Positions 1 to 9,157 are shown, numbered from the stretch's first letter. The stretch is DNA of 64,000 nt from an uncultured virus (IMG/VR IMGVR_UViG_3300010396_000044) (IMGVR_UViG_3300010396_000044), one strand, 5' to 3'. Notes: generated by a model from the sequence alone, not told the origin. Program-made: numbers and translations.

Positions 1-108
1 CCTGTCGGACGCCTACCGGGCGATCCGGTGGCGCCGCACCCACCCACTCAGCGAGTGGATCGGCATCTAACACCCCACTCCAACACTCCCAGAAAGGAGA
101 CCACCGTC

Positions 109-315
109 ATGAGCGCCAGGACAATGAACCGGCTCACCCGAATCCTTGACACGCTGACACCGGCGCTGATTGTCCTGGCGCTCGCCAGCTTCGCCCTCGG
201 CCTGTACTGCGCCTACCAGGGCTATGACATGAACGGATTCGCCGGCGACGCCGCAGGATTCGCGTTGCTGACTACCGCCACCGCCAACCTCACGTCACAC
301 GACCCCACCCACTAG
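109..315 (+). CDS. small membrane protein
   Basis: AGAAAGGAG RBS before ATG 109; two hydrophobic segments. Confidence 0.65.
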   Translation: MSARTMNRLTRILDTLTPALIVLALASFALGLYCAYQGYDMNGFAGDAAGFALLTTATANLTSHDPTH

Positions 316-349
316 CCGAAACCAAACCAACCCTAGAAAGGGCGTCACA

Positions 350-661
350 ATGTCCACACCAACCACCACCGTCCCGGCCGCACCGAGCTACCCGCCCCCG
401 ATGGTTCCGCGGACGAATACGCTCGCGATCCTGTCGCTGGTGTTCGCGTTCGTTTTCTGGCCCGCGGGGATCGTCCTTGGTCATTTGGCCCGTAGGCAGA
501 TCGCGGAAACCGGTGAGTCCGGTCATGGTTTGGCCACGGCCGGTCTGGTCATCTCTTACATCGGTTTGGCGTGCGCGGTGCTGCTGGTCTTCGGCATGGT
601 CGCCGCTGTCGGTCACGCTGCTGCGATCACCGGTGTTCACGGAGTGGGGGTGATCCGCTGA
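350..661 (+). CDS. DUF4190-family membrane protein
   Basis: Pro-rich N-terminus then TNTLAILSLVFAFVFWPAGIVLGHLARRQI..GESGHGLATAGLVISY, typical DUF4190 pattern. Confidence 0.85.
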   Translation: MSTPTTTVPAAPSYPPPMVPRTNTLAILSLVFAFVFWPAGIVLGHLARRQIAETGESGHGLATAGLVISYIGLACAVLLVFGMVAAVGHAAAITGVHGVGVIR

Positions 662-679
662 CCACACACCTAATGTCAC

Positions 680-728
680 GAGGCGCCTGACCCGGGAGAA
701 GGGGGACCGGGTCAGGCGCCTCTTTCGT
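680..728 (+). terminator. intrinsic terminator between convergent genes
   Basis: 16-bp perfect inverted repeat GAGGCGCCTGACCCGG/CCGGGTCAGGCGCCTC followed by TTTCGT. Confidence 0.8.
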
Positions 729-730
729 GT

Positions 731-961
731 CTAGGTGTGGCCGCGGTTGATGGCTTTGACGTTCGCGAGACTCATGCCGGTTCGGCGGGCGGTCTCGGCT
801 GGCCCGTATTGGGCGGCTTCCCGGCGTACGTCTTCATCCCGGATGCGTCGGATCCCTTTCATGCATTCGGCGTGGTCGGCGAGTGCACCTTCCGCTGCGG
901 CGATCCGCTCAAGTCCGGGTGGCATCGCTTCGAGTTCGTTGATGTCGGGGCAATTTGTCAC
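731..961 (-). CDS. small HTH-like protein, leaderless
   Basis: GPAETARRTGMSLANVKAI HTH-like C-terminus; TACCGT -10 box 6 nt before GTG. Confidence 0.6.
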   Translation of the reverse strand: MTNCPDINELEAMPPGLERIAAAEGALADHAECMKGIRRIRDEDVRREAAQYGPAETARRTGMSLANVKAINRGHT

Positions 962-1070
962 ACCGTGACGGTAACGCGCTCACCGAATATCCGCATCGCA
1001 GGGTAACGGGCTAGCCGGATATACCGATATGCTCAGTGAAGGAACCACACGCACTGAGAGAAGGCCCCTG

Positions 1071-1742
1071 ATGAGCACTCAGACCGAGACCACGAAGACC
1101 GTGGCGGTCGCCCTCGCCGTGAACCTCGGCGTCACCGCCCTTAAGGTCGGCGCCGGGTTGCTCACGGGGTCGGCGGCGATGCTCGCCGAAGCAGCGCACT
1201 CCCTGGTGGACTGCACCACCGAAGGTCTGCTGATGGCCGGTGAGTGGCACGGCCGGTACTGGGCGAAGGGCCCGCACCTGTGGGGCGCGCTGGCCGCGGT
1301 GAGCATGTTCGTCGTCGGCGGCTGCTGGGGCGTGTACGAGGGTGTGAGTAAGATTTTCGGTGGCGGCGTGGATGCGTGGCCGTGGGTCGCCCTGGCTGTC
1401 CTGGCGATCTCCGCGTTGATGGAGTTGACGAGCTGGCGCACCGCCTACCGCACGTTGGCCGTCGAACGTGACGGGCGCCCGTGGTTGTCGTACCTGCGGA
1501 CCACCACGAACACCTCCGCGAAAACCGTGTTGGTCGAAGACTCCAGCGACATCGGTGGTGACGTGTTGGCCATGGCCGGTATCGGCCTTGGCATGGTCAC
1601 CGGTTCACCAATTTGGGACGGTCTAGCCTCCGCGTTGATCGGGTTGTTGTTGGTCGGGTTAGCGTTTGACCTTGGGCGGCACAATCTGCGGCTGCTGCTC
1701 ACCAGGCCGGTAGCTGTAAAACCGGAGCTTGTGAGCGCGTGA
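1071..1742 (+). CDS. cation diffusion facilitator (CDF) transporter, transmembrane domain only
   Basis: GLLTGSAAMLAEAAHSLVD and VLVEDSSD/WDGLASALIG CDF motifs; about 6 TM segments; no cytoplasmic C-terminal domain. Confidence 0.85.
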   Translation: MSTQTETTKTVAVALAVNLGVTALKVGAGLLTGSAAMLAEAAHSLVDCTTEGLLMAGEWHGRYWAKGPHLWGALAAVSMFVVGGCWGVYEGVSKIFGGGVDAWPWVALAVLAISALMELTSWRTAYRTLAVERDGRPWLSYLRTTTNTSAKTVLVEDSSDIGGDVLAMAGIGLGMVTGSPIWDGLASALIGLLLVGLAFDLGRHNLRLLLTRPVAVKPELVSA

Positions 1743-1937
1743 CCCCTACGGTTTGGTATCCTTTGATCAGTCCGATCGTTCCTTGGTGGACTATGGTGAA
1801 TGGTTCGGCTGGGCCTGGTAGCGAAAGCGCTGGGCCCAGCTGGTAACGGTGAGCACCCGGTTAGGTCGCGGCGCGGTGTGGGTTTATGCTCCCCCCGGGA
1901 TCCCCCTGGACACACTTGATTGCGAGGAGACAGTTGT

Positions 1938-2303
1938 ATGGCGCAGAAGGTAATCACCGAGTTCATTGACGATATCGACGGCTCGTCAGCAGAGCGGACG
2001 TTCACGTTCGCCGTGGACGGGACTGCCTACGAGATTGATCTGTCAGCGGAGAATATTAAGGAGTTCCACGACGCTGTTGCGGGTTTCGTGGAGAGCGCCC
2101 GCCGGGTGTCGGTGTCGAGTGCTGGTAGGCGTGGCCGCAAACCTAGTGGTGGTAGTGGGTCGGGTCGGTCGCGGGAGCAGACTCGGGCGGTGCGGGATTG
2201 GGCCCGCCAGCAGGGCCACAGCATCAGTGAGCGGGGTCGGATCCCTCTTGAGGTTCAGCGGGCGTTTGAGCAAGCGCATGGTGGTTTAGTCGCGGTGGGC
2301 TAA
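1938..2303 (+). CDS. lsr2: Lsr2 nucleoid-associated protein / xenogeneic silencer
   Basis: MAQKVITEFIDDIDG..F.VDG..YEIDLS..N and VRDWARQQGHSISERGRIP; GAGGAG RBS. Confidence 0.95.
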   Translation: MAQKVITEFIDDIDGSSAERTFTFAVDGTAYEIDLSAENIKEFHDAVAGFVESARRVSVSSAGRRGRKPSGGSGSGRSREQTRAVRDWARQQGHSISERGRIPLEVQRAFEQAHGGLVAVG

Positions 2304-2316
2304 CCCGCGTCACCCA

Positions 2317-2363
2317 CAAAAGCGGGAGGCCCCTCACGGTCATTGGGTGAGGGGCCTCCCGCT
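2317..2363 (-). terminator. intrinsic terminator (probably bidirectional)
   Basis: 17-bp inverted repeat AGCGGGAGGCCCCTCAC/GTGAGGGGCCTCCCGCT with an A-tract on the left; lies between convergent genes. Confidence 0.8.
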
Positions 2364-2374
2364 GTCCGGGAGGG

Positions 2375-2536
2375 TTAGTCGTCCCAGCGCCAGAAGCGGT
2401 TGCGGTGCCCCCAGCGGTCCCGGCGCCATTCCCAGTGCCCGCGCCAGTGGTGATGGCCACGGTCACGGTCGTGGTCGCGCCAGTCGTCCCGGCCGCTGCG
2501 GGCAAGCCCAGCGGTGAACACGTCAGAGACGAGCAT
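2375..2536 (-). CDS. small Arg/His/Trp/Asp-rich peptide
   Basis: GGGGAGG RBS; RDDWRDHDRDRGHHHWRGHWEW. Confidence 0.55.
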   Translation of the reverse strand: MLVSDVFTAGLARSGRDDWRDHDRDRGHHHWRGHWEWRRDRWGHRNRFWRWDD

Positions 2537-2621
2537 CCATGCCTCCCCAAAATTGCTGTCGTGTGGTGTCTGTTTCGTTGACGTTCGCCCTGTTGTTACG
2601 TTGCCGTGGCGTATGGGTGGT

Positions 2622-2753
2622 TTACCCGGCGTGACCGTGGTTGACACCGTTGATGACGACGCTGAAACCGAGGGCGTAGCCGAGGAAGCCGCAGGCGATC
2701 AGGAACACGACCAGCGCGATCGCGAAGGACCAGGGGATCTTCGGCCAGTTCAT
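2622..2753 (-). CDS. small membrane protein
   Basis: ATGA-coupled to upstream gene; one TM segment. Confidence 0.55.
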   Translation of the reverse strand: MNWPKIPWSFAIALVVFLIACGFLGYALGFSVVINGVNHGHAG

Positions 2754-3010
2754 GGCATCGTGGTGGAGTTGATGATGGGGATGACGTCGTCGGGGCCGCA
2801 GATTTCCCATTGGGTGTTGTGCCATTGGACGGGGAAGGTGCCGAGTTTCGCGGGTAGGGCGTCGGGGTGGTAGTTCTGGACGATGCCGAGCTGGCCGCCT
2901 GGGCGGCGTTGTACCAGCGTTCGTGGTGGGAGCGGCGTCGGGTACGGGCGGTGTGTTCGCGCGCCGGGGGAGAGTTGGAGGCCGCGGAGTGGTTTCCGGT
3001 GCTGGTTCAT
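2750..3010 (-). CDS. hypothetical protein
   Basis: 4-nt start/stop overlaps with both neighbours. Confidence 0.55.
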   Translation of the reverse strand: MNQHRKPLRGLQLSPGARTHRPYPTPLPPRTLVQRRPGGQLGIVQNYHPDALPAKLGTFPVQWHNTQWEICGPDDVIPIINSTTMP

Positions 3011-3465
3011 GCGCGGTGTGTGTCGTCGAGGAGAAGTCGCACCCCGGGGGCGAGTAGCCCGTCGTGTCGCGCTGCCCGCGCCGCGGCGTCGGGTGAGACA
3101 CCTGCGGCCACCGCCCGGGCCATGAACACCGCGACTTCGTACTCGGCGGGCAGGAAAACCCGGACCGAGCCCGACCCAGGCCCGGGGTTGGCCGGGCGCA
3201 GGAAACCTCTACGACACCAGTAGTCCACCTGCCGGTAGGTCACCCCCAGCGCGGTCAGGTCCGTGGCGCAGGCGTGGGTCTCGTCGGTTGTGGCGCACGT
3301 TGAGCACCGTTTGGCGTCGTCACGCGGTTCCCATGTGCGGTGTGCGGTGTTGAGTCCGCAGAGGGCGTGGCCGTTGCGGACGGCGTGGGTGATCCAGTCT
3401 CGGCGCCGGCCACCGTTGGTGATGCGGGTGCGTGGTGTGGCCAGCCATTCCACTGTGGTGGTCAT
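3007..3465 (-). CDS. MerR-like HTH DNA-binding protein with N-terminal Zn-binding motif
   Basis: GVTYRQVDYWCRRGFLRP..PGSGSVRVF MerR HTH; H..ALCG..CSTC upstream. Confidence 0.75.
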   Translation of the reverse strand: MTTTVEWLATPRTRITNGGRRRDWITHAVRNGHALCGLNTAHRTWEPRDDAKRCSTCATTDETHACATDLTALGVTYRQVDYWCRRGFLRPANPGPGSGSVRVFLPAEYEVAVFMARAVAAGVSPDAAARAARHDGLLAPGVRLLLDDTHRA

Positions 3466-3725
3466 CTGCGGCCCCGGATTTCGATGAGTTGGGGTGTTGT
3501 GGTTCGCGGGAATGCGTCGAGTAGCCGGTTGAGGTGGCCGAGGACATGTTGTTGCCGTCGGGTTGCGTCTCGGTCTGTTTCTGGGGGTTGCCAGGAGTCG
3601 AGTAGGTCTCGGAACCTTGCGGTGGCGCTGTAACTCCACACGCTGCGTCTGTGACAACCCGTGAGCATGTTGGGCACCTCCGACCCGCCGACCGTGGACT
3701 CGACAGGGGGGGGCTGGGCGGGCAC
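3462..3725 (-). CDS. hypothetical protein
   Basis: ATGA overlap with MerR-like gene; start uncertain. Confidence 0.45.
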   Translation of the reverse strand: MPAQPPPVESTVGGSEVPNMLTGCHRRSVWSYSATARFRDLLDSWQPPETDRDATRRQQHVLGHLNRLLDAFPRTTTPQLIEIRGRR

Positions 3726-4014
3726 GTGTTGCAGACCCCGGGTCGAGCGCTGCCGTGCTCCCGTGACCTCCCAAGGTGCCCCGGCTGTGGAAACGAGTAG
3801 GGGGCGAAACCACAGCCGGGGCGGTCAGGGGATACATTCCGGCACCGTACGGCCCCTTGGGGCTGAATATGCCGGATGGTTTGCACCGTAAATGACGGTC
3901 AGGGAATTCGCTAGGTAGGGTCGGTGAATTCGCCTCGGTTCGTTACGGACGGTGCTTGGTGGGTGGTCGCGTAAACTCCCGGGAACCGTGTGGTGAGCTG
4001 CGCGTCTAGCCCGG

Positions 4015-4212
4015 GTGATGGGTCGGGTTGCGGGGTTGGGGAGGTCTCTGGTGGGTGTCCCCGGATGGGGTGTTGAGATCGGGTCGTGGTGGCGTCGTGT
4101 TGTCGCTAGGGTGCGGCGTCCCGGTGTGGTGTCGGTGTGGCATGCGGAGCGGGACGAGAGGCTCGTCGTCCGTGGGCCGGTGGGTGGTGGGCGGCATCGG
4201 CGGCCCGAGTGA
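4015..4212 (+). CDS. hypothetical protein
   Basis: first of a GTGA-coupled rightward series. Confidence 0.4.
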   Translation: MMGRVAGLGRSLVGVPGWGVEIGSWWRRVVARVRRPGVVSVWHAERDERLVVRGPVGGGRHRRPE

Positions 4213-4496
4213 CCGCGGTGTGGCGGCAAGGCGGCAGTGTCCCGTTGCACGTGTACCGGCAGCGGGGTCCGATACCGGATCGGCGACCGTGGCCGGATGG
4301 TGATCCCCCGATCGCCACGTTCTGCGACGCTGCTGACGCGGAGTTGGCGGTCCGCGCGGTTGCTGCGTTGAACCCGGACCGGCTCCGGGACGCGTTGACG
4401 GAGGTTTTCGGCGAGACCGAAGCTGATCCGCGGCTGGACGTTGAGGGTGTGGCGGGGCGTCTCGGTGAGATCCTGTCCGGGGGTATTGATCCGTGA
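4209..4496 (+). CDS. hypothetical protein
   Basis: GTGA coupling at both ends. Confidence 0.6.
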   Translation: MTAVWRQGGSVPLHVYRQRGPIPDRRPWPDGDPPIATFCDAADAELAVRAVAALNPDRLRDALTEVFGETEADPRLDVEGVAGRLGEILSGGIDP

Positions 4497-4795
4497 CGCG
4501 GGGGGATCGGTTGTGGTTGTTGGCGCTGGTCCTCGGCGCGGTCGCTTTCACCCACGTGAGGCTCGCGGGCCCGTGGCAGCTCGCGTTGACGGTCGTGTGG
4601 GTGCTGGTGTTCACGGTCACTGCGCTGTACCCGCCGCGAACACCCGCCCAGTCCGGGTGGTCGGCACCTCAGGACCTGGTCCGAGCTCAACTCGAGGCGT
4701 ACGCCACCGCCGGGTTCACCGAAGACCAAGCTAAGGCGCTGATGCAGGAAGCGCTGCGTACCGCGATCAAAACGCAGGGCGGCTGGCGCCCATGA
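4493..4795 (+). CDS. membrane protein
   Basis: two TM segments; coupled to neighbours. Confidence 0.65.
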   Translation: MTRGDRLWLLALVLGAVAFTHVRLAGPWQLALTVVWVLVFTVTALYPPRTPAQSGWSAPQDLVRAQLEAYATAGFTEDQAKALMQEALRTAIKTQGGWRP

Positions 4796-5535
4796 CCGAC
4801 TGGCCCGGCGCGCGGATTGATGAGCACCCCACCGCCCCCATCCCACAGGTGGTGGTGCCGGGCCGGCATCGGCGCCTGGACCCCGCAGCGTGGCATCCCC
4901 GGACGTTGATGTTGGCGACTGGCCGGTTGAAGGTGATCGCCGCGGGGTTGGGTTTGGTGTTGGCGGGTGGCGTGTTCGTGGTCGCTCCAGCGTTGACGGC
5001 TCAACGGAGCTCGCTGCCGGTCCCGGTTGTGGTGCCGGTGTCGTCTTCCCCGCCGATCCCGTCGCTTGGGGCGGTTCCTTCGTCCTCGTTCGTTCCGCCG
5101 CTAGTCCCGGCGCCTCCTGCGCCGCCGGTCAAGCGGCCACCGAGGCGCACCGTCGCCGCGAAACCGTCCGTCGCGGGGAAGCCACCCGCCCCAGCCCGGC
5201 CGTCACCACCACCACCGCAGCCCGTTGCGCCACCAGCCCCGTCCTCACCGGCGCCGGTGGTGGTTGTCCCAACCCCGCAACCCCCCGCGCCTGTCATTCC
5301 CGTCGTGCCCCCACCGGCGGCGCCGTCCTGGCCCACCACATCCACAGGAGAGGACGGCAACGACTGGGGACACCCCCGCTGGCGTGGCCACGACGACCGC
5401 AGGGACGACGACAGTTGGGGCCATGACCGAGACCAGGGGGGCGACAACAGCGATCATGGTGGCTACCGGGGCGGGAACGACAACCCTTCCTCGGACGACG
5501 GAGGCCCGCTCATCAACATCGGGGGCCTGCCGTGA
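4792..5535 (+). CDS. membrane-anchored Pro-rich protein
   Basis: TM segment, long Pro-rich linker, Asp/His/Gly-rich tail. Confidence 0.65.
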   Translation: MTDWPGARIDEHPTAPIPQVVVPGRHRRLDPAAWHPRTLMLATGRLKVIAAGLGLVLAGGVFVVAPALTAQRSSLPVPVVVPVSSSPPIPSLGAVPSSSFVPPLVPAPPAPPVKRPPRRTVAAKPSVAGKPPAPARPSPPPPQPVAPPAPSSPAPVVVVPTPQPPAPVIPVVPPPAAPSWPTTSTGEDGNDWGHPRWRGHDDRRDDDSWGHDRDQGGDNSDHGGYRGGNDNPSSDDGGPLINIGGLP

Positions 5536-6470
5536 CGAACTGCGCGTGTGCCTGTCACACCGGCCCCTACACGCCGTGTGACATCCCAGGCGGCTGCGGG
5601 CACTTGCATCGTGTGGATCGTCTCCCGAATTTGCGGGCCCTCGCCGGCCACGGCGACATCCCCGCACCAGCAGCCCGGCAAGAACGGCCCGGGTGGGCGT
5701 GCGCTATCCACCTGCCACCCAAACCCGGCCACACCTGGCGCCCCGCCGACGAGGGCTACCGAACGTGCGGCGCCTGCTGCAACCTGCTCCACCGCTGGCT
5801 GTCCCCCCTCGGCGTAGACACCGAAGGCCGCCCCGACAACCTGCCCTACCTCTACCTCACCCTCGACCCCCGCCCAGGGAACAACGGCCCAGGACGCCGC
5901 TCCCCCGGGTTCGCGTCCCGCTCCCCCGGCTCCGACCACGTCATTTCGATGCGTGACGCGCGGACAGTGCAAGTAGACGACACCGACCCCTGCTCAGCAG
6001 CGGCGATCCTCCGGGCTTGGGTGCTGTGGGTCTGGGACGAACGCTACGACGACCAGGCACTGAACCACCCCAACTACCGGCAACGCCGAACCGAACTCCC
6101 AGCTACTGTCAACACCGCCGCCGCGTGGCTCGACCGCAACCTTGACTGGCTCACCCGCCGCGACACCATCACCGACTTCCACGCCGAACTCAAAGAGCTA
6201 CGCCGCAAACTCCGCGCCGCCAACGGTGACCGCGGCCAGCCCCCCGTCGGGCACTGCTTCGAGCAACTCACCGACGGCGAATGCGGCGCCCCGATCTACA
6301 TGCCCCGCGGGGAGAAACCCCGCGCGCCAGACGAACCCATCACCGACCTCCCCGAACTGGTGTGCCCCGCGTGCCGATCCAGCTACACCGGTGTCCGGCT
6401 GATCCGGCTACGACTCGCCGAAGAAAAACAAGCGAAAGCAGCCGCAGGTGCTGGTGATCCAACGCGATGA
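5532..6470 (+). CDS. Cys-rich Zn-binding phage protein (possible late regulator)
   Basis: CACACH, CGAC, VGHC..CGAPI..VCPAC motifs. Confidence 0.7.
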   Translation: MTNCACACHTGPYTPCDIPGGCGHLHRVDRLPNLRALAGHGDIPAPAARQERPGWACAIHLPPKPGHTWRPADEGYRTCGACCNLLHRWLSPLGVDTEGRPDNLPYLYLTLDPRPGNNGPGRRSPGFASRSPGSDHVISMRDARTVQVDDTDPCSAAAILRAWVLWVWDERYDDQALNHPNYRQRRTELPATVNTAAAWLDRNLDWLTRRDTITDFHAELKELRRKLRAANGDRGQPPVGHCFEQLTDGECGAPIYMPRGEKPRAPDEPITDLPELVCPACRSSYTGVRLIRLRLAEEKQAKAAAGAGDPTR

Positions 6471-6651
6471 AGGGCTGTGGGTGGCGGATCGGGAAGCCCT
6501 CGCAACGTGGTTACGGCGCCCTATCTCAACCATCCGCAAGCATTGCCCGATCGTGGGCTACCACCCAGACGGCAGAGCTCTATACGACATGTTCACGTGT
6601 GAGCAGATCCTGGCCTCGATACCTACACGGCGAGGCCGGTCCGTCCCTTGA
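6448..6651 (+). CDS. small HTH-like protein
   Basis: REALATWLRRPISTIRKH..GRALYD excisionase/MerR-like pattern. Confidence 0.55.
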   Translation: MLVIQRDEGLWVADREALATWLRRPISTIRKHCPIVGYHPDGRALYDMFTCEQILASIPTRRGRSVP

Positions 6652-6693
6652 CCACCCGCAAGGTGCTAGTAGCATGCGCCCGGGCGGTGAAGT

Positions 6694-6903
6694 GTGCCCA
6701 CTTTTCGCCCCGATCCGGTGTTTCCCGTGCTAGGAGACGGTGAGAGCCTCACCGTCATCATCTCCGGGTGCGCCATGCTCTGCGCCGAGCAGCCGATCAT
6801 GGCCAGCGTGTGGCTGGGCCTGTTCACCGCGACGCTGGTCATCACCGTGATCGACGAGGACATCACCGACGCGCTCGAGCTGAACCGCAGGGAGGCGCTG
6901 TGA
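6694..6903 (+). CDS. putative small membrane protein
   Basis: hydrophobic segments; start uncertain. Confidence 0.4.
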   Translation: MPTFRPDPVFPVLGDGESLTVIISGCAMLCAEQPIMASVWLGLFTATLVITVIDEDITDALELNRREAL

Positions 6904-7060
6904 TCGCACTCGGAGCGCACCGTCGCTGAGGCTGGAGGACGAAGCAGCATAGGTGCGACCTACGTCTCACGTCCCGTGATGGCTCGCCTCCGATCCGCAC
7001 TGGTCTGGGGAACACCAGCGAGTGATGGCGAATCCATTGAGTAGTAGAATGGATGCGTAA

Positions 7061-7127
7061 AAGGACCCGGGCGGGTGTTGGTAGCACCCCCCGGGCATGG
7101 CCAACCTGATGAGAGCAGGCGACAATG
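7061..7127 (+). promoter_or_regulatory. structured 5' leader of HNH gene (copy A)
   Basis: follows TAGAAT -10 (7045-7050); two hairpins, second covers the RBS; aligns with 27852-27916. Confidence 0.6.
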
Positions 7128-7919
7128 CTTGAGGATAGTGCTGCCACCGAACGCTGGCTACCCGTAGTCGGGTATGAGGGGCACTACGAAGTATCAGATG
7201 CTGGACGTGTTCGCAGCCTAGATCGCACGCTTCCTTACGGAAACGGGTTCTTCAGGAAGCACAAGGGCGTAATCCTTGCGCAATCCGATTTCGATGATTA
7301 TGGCCACAAGGGTGTGGTCCTTAGCATGCGTGGTGTTCACGATCAGGCTTCTGTCCATCGGCTAGCCCTAACGGCGTTTATAGGGCCATGTCCAGATGGT
7401 CTTATTGGTTGTCACAACAATGGCGATCCGGCGGACAATCGTCTGAGTAACTTGCGCTGGGACACTTATTCGGAGAATAATTTAGATCGCGTCCGGCACG
7501 GAAACGATCCTCACAGGAACCGAGCGACTTGCCCTCTGGACCACCCCTTGGCGGGGTTTAATTTAGACCCAGGACAGTTGGCCAAGGGGCGCAGGACGTG
7601 CAGGGCCTGCATATGGGCACGCAATCTACGAAAAACAGCCGAGGACTTTGATTTAAAAGCAACAGCGGACGAGTGCTACGTAAAACTCGCGCTGGGGGTA
7701 GTTCCGATAGCGCACAAGCAGCGAACACACTGTCCGAGGTTCCACTTGCTCGTGGCGCCCAATTTGATCCGAGCGGCCGCTTTGCGTGGGTACCGAACCT
7801 GTTTAGCGTGTGATCGTGCGCATGGTGACAGGCGACGCGCTCTTAAGGTCGGACGTACAGTAGATGTAAAAGAAACAGCCGACGAGCACTATAAGAAAAT
7901 AATGACAGGAGCGGCGTAA
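7125..7919 (+). CDS. NUMOD4-HNH homing endonuclease
   Basis: ERWLPVVGYEGHYEVSDAGRVRS (NUMOD4); VHRL..AFIGPCP..GCHNNGDPADNRLSNLRW; two CP.H..N..R.C.AC repeats; lower GC. Confidence 0.92.
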   Translation: MLEDSAATERWLPVVGYEGHYEVSDAGRVRSLDRTLPYGNGFFRKHKGVILAQSDFDDYGHKGVVLSMRGVHDQASVHRLALTAFIGPCPDGLIGCHNNGDPADNRLSNLRWDTYSENNLDRVRHGNDPHRNRATCPLDHPLAGFNLDPGQLAKGRRTCRACIWARNLRKTAEDFDLKATADECYVKLALGVVPIAHKQRTHCPRFHLLVAPNLIRAAALRGYRTCLACDRAHGDRRRALKVGRTVDVKETADEHYKKIMTGAA

Positions 7920-7920
7920 G

Positions 7921-8076
7921 ATGATCGCGCTCGGGATAATCTTGCTCGTTCTTGGTTACTTCATGGGTATCGGGATCCTCAGCACCCTTGGCGTAGTGCT
8001 TTTGGTGGTGGGGATCATTCTGATGCTGTTAGGAACAACCGAGTACGCCGTCGGCGGCCGGCGGCACTGGTTCTGA
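7921..8076 (+). CDS. DUF6131-like small membrane protein
   Basis: own translation MIALGIILLVLGYFMGIGILSTLGVVLLVVGIILMLLGTTEYAVGGRRHWF; below ORF-track cutoff. Confidence 0.75.
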   Translation: MIALGIILLVLGYFMGIGILSTLGVVLLVVGIILMLLGTTEYAVGGRRHWF

Positions 8077-8335
8077 TGTGACTATCCACGAATGTTTGCC
8101 TCTGCCGCCCGTCCCTCCGGGCACTGTTGAGGAACGCGCACGGGCCCGGCTCGCTGCTGCGGCGCTGGCCCGTGACGCGGACGACCTGCGTTTCATCCTT
8201 GACGTGCTCGCGCTGTGGCCCGCGCAAGATCACCGGGGCGTAACTACGGCCATGTAGGCAACGCCTCCCGCGGTGAGGCGTCCTTTACACAAACGCACGA
8301 GAGTCATCCGGGTCGGGGACACCCTAAGGAGAAGT

Positions 8336-8728
8336 ATGGTTACTTTCGGTAAGCGCGTTCTGACGGTCGCTGGTCTCGTCGCGGCCTTGTCCACTGCTGG
8401 TGCGGGCGCGGCGTTCGCGGACACCCTGACCCCCATGGACCACGACCGCGGCGGTCACGGTCTCGGGCTCGGCCTGTTCGGTCATCACGGGCTGCTCGGT
8501 TTGCATTTGGGTAGCTGGTGGCATCACTCTGGCCCGGTCGCGGTTCCGGTGGGTTACCCCGTTGGTGTTCCGGTGGGCTACCCGGTGGGTGTTCCGGTTG
8601 GCTGTTCGATGGGCTGCGGTGGTGCTGTTGCCGCCCCCGTGGTGACCGCCCCCGCGCCGTGCCCCGTGGATCTGCCCGCGCCCCCGCCCCCGCCGGTGGT
8701 GGCCGCCCCAGCCCCCTGCGGCTGCTAA
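8336..8728 (+). CDS. secreted low-complexity protein
   Basis: AAGGAG RBS; signal peptide ending AAFA-D; VPVGYPVG repeats; Cys/Pro-rich tail. Confidence 0.7.
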   Translation: MVTFGKRVLTVAGLVAALSTAGAGAAFADTLTPMDHDRGGHGLGLGLFGHHGLLGLHLGSWWHHSGPVAVPVGYPVGVPVGYPVGVPVGCSMGCGGAVAAPVVTAPAPCPVDLPAPPPPPVVAAPAPCGC

Positions 8729-8879
8729 CCACGGTTTCGCGTCCCAGGGTGATTCCCCGCGTCTCCTGACCGCGCGGATCGGCGCTCACCGCGCCCCCCT
8801 GGGCGCGGCTGGGGCCGGCACCGACCCTCCGTCGGCCCCAGCCACCCACCGTCCACCCCCCGCGGAAGGACCCCCGTTC

Positions 8880-9134
8880 GTGATCTACGCAGCCCCGCCG
8901 CCTCACCCTCACCCGCCGATCGTCCGGCAACACCACGGATACCGGGATGACCACAACTTCAACCGGGACCGGCTGTACTTCGGTAACGGCGCCCGCTGGG
9001 ACTACGGCGCCGACTACTTGGACGTCACCCCCGCGTGGTGGACCGCCAACACCCAATGGATCGTCCTCGAAAACGGCGAATACCTCTGGCGCGCCCCCTC
9101 CGGCGCCCTGCTCCGGGTCCACCGTCACCGCTGA
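8880..9134 (+). CDS. hypothetical protein
   Basis: AAGGA RBS; GC3-rich codons. Confidence 0.55.
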   Translation: MIYAAPPPHPHPPIVRQHHGYRDDHNFNRDRLYFGNGARWDYGADYLDVTPAWWTANTQWIVLENGEYLWRAPSGALLRVHRHR

Positions 9135-9157
9135 GACGGGCTGAATCAGGAGGCCTA

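Noticed and set aside
3884..3894. CACCGTAAATG shared with 53052-53062 as a repressor operator
   Set aside because: Only two copies, not near the repressor/cro promoters; compatible with chance.
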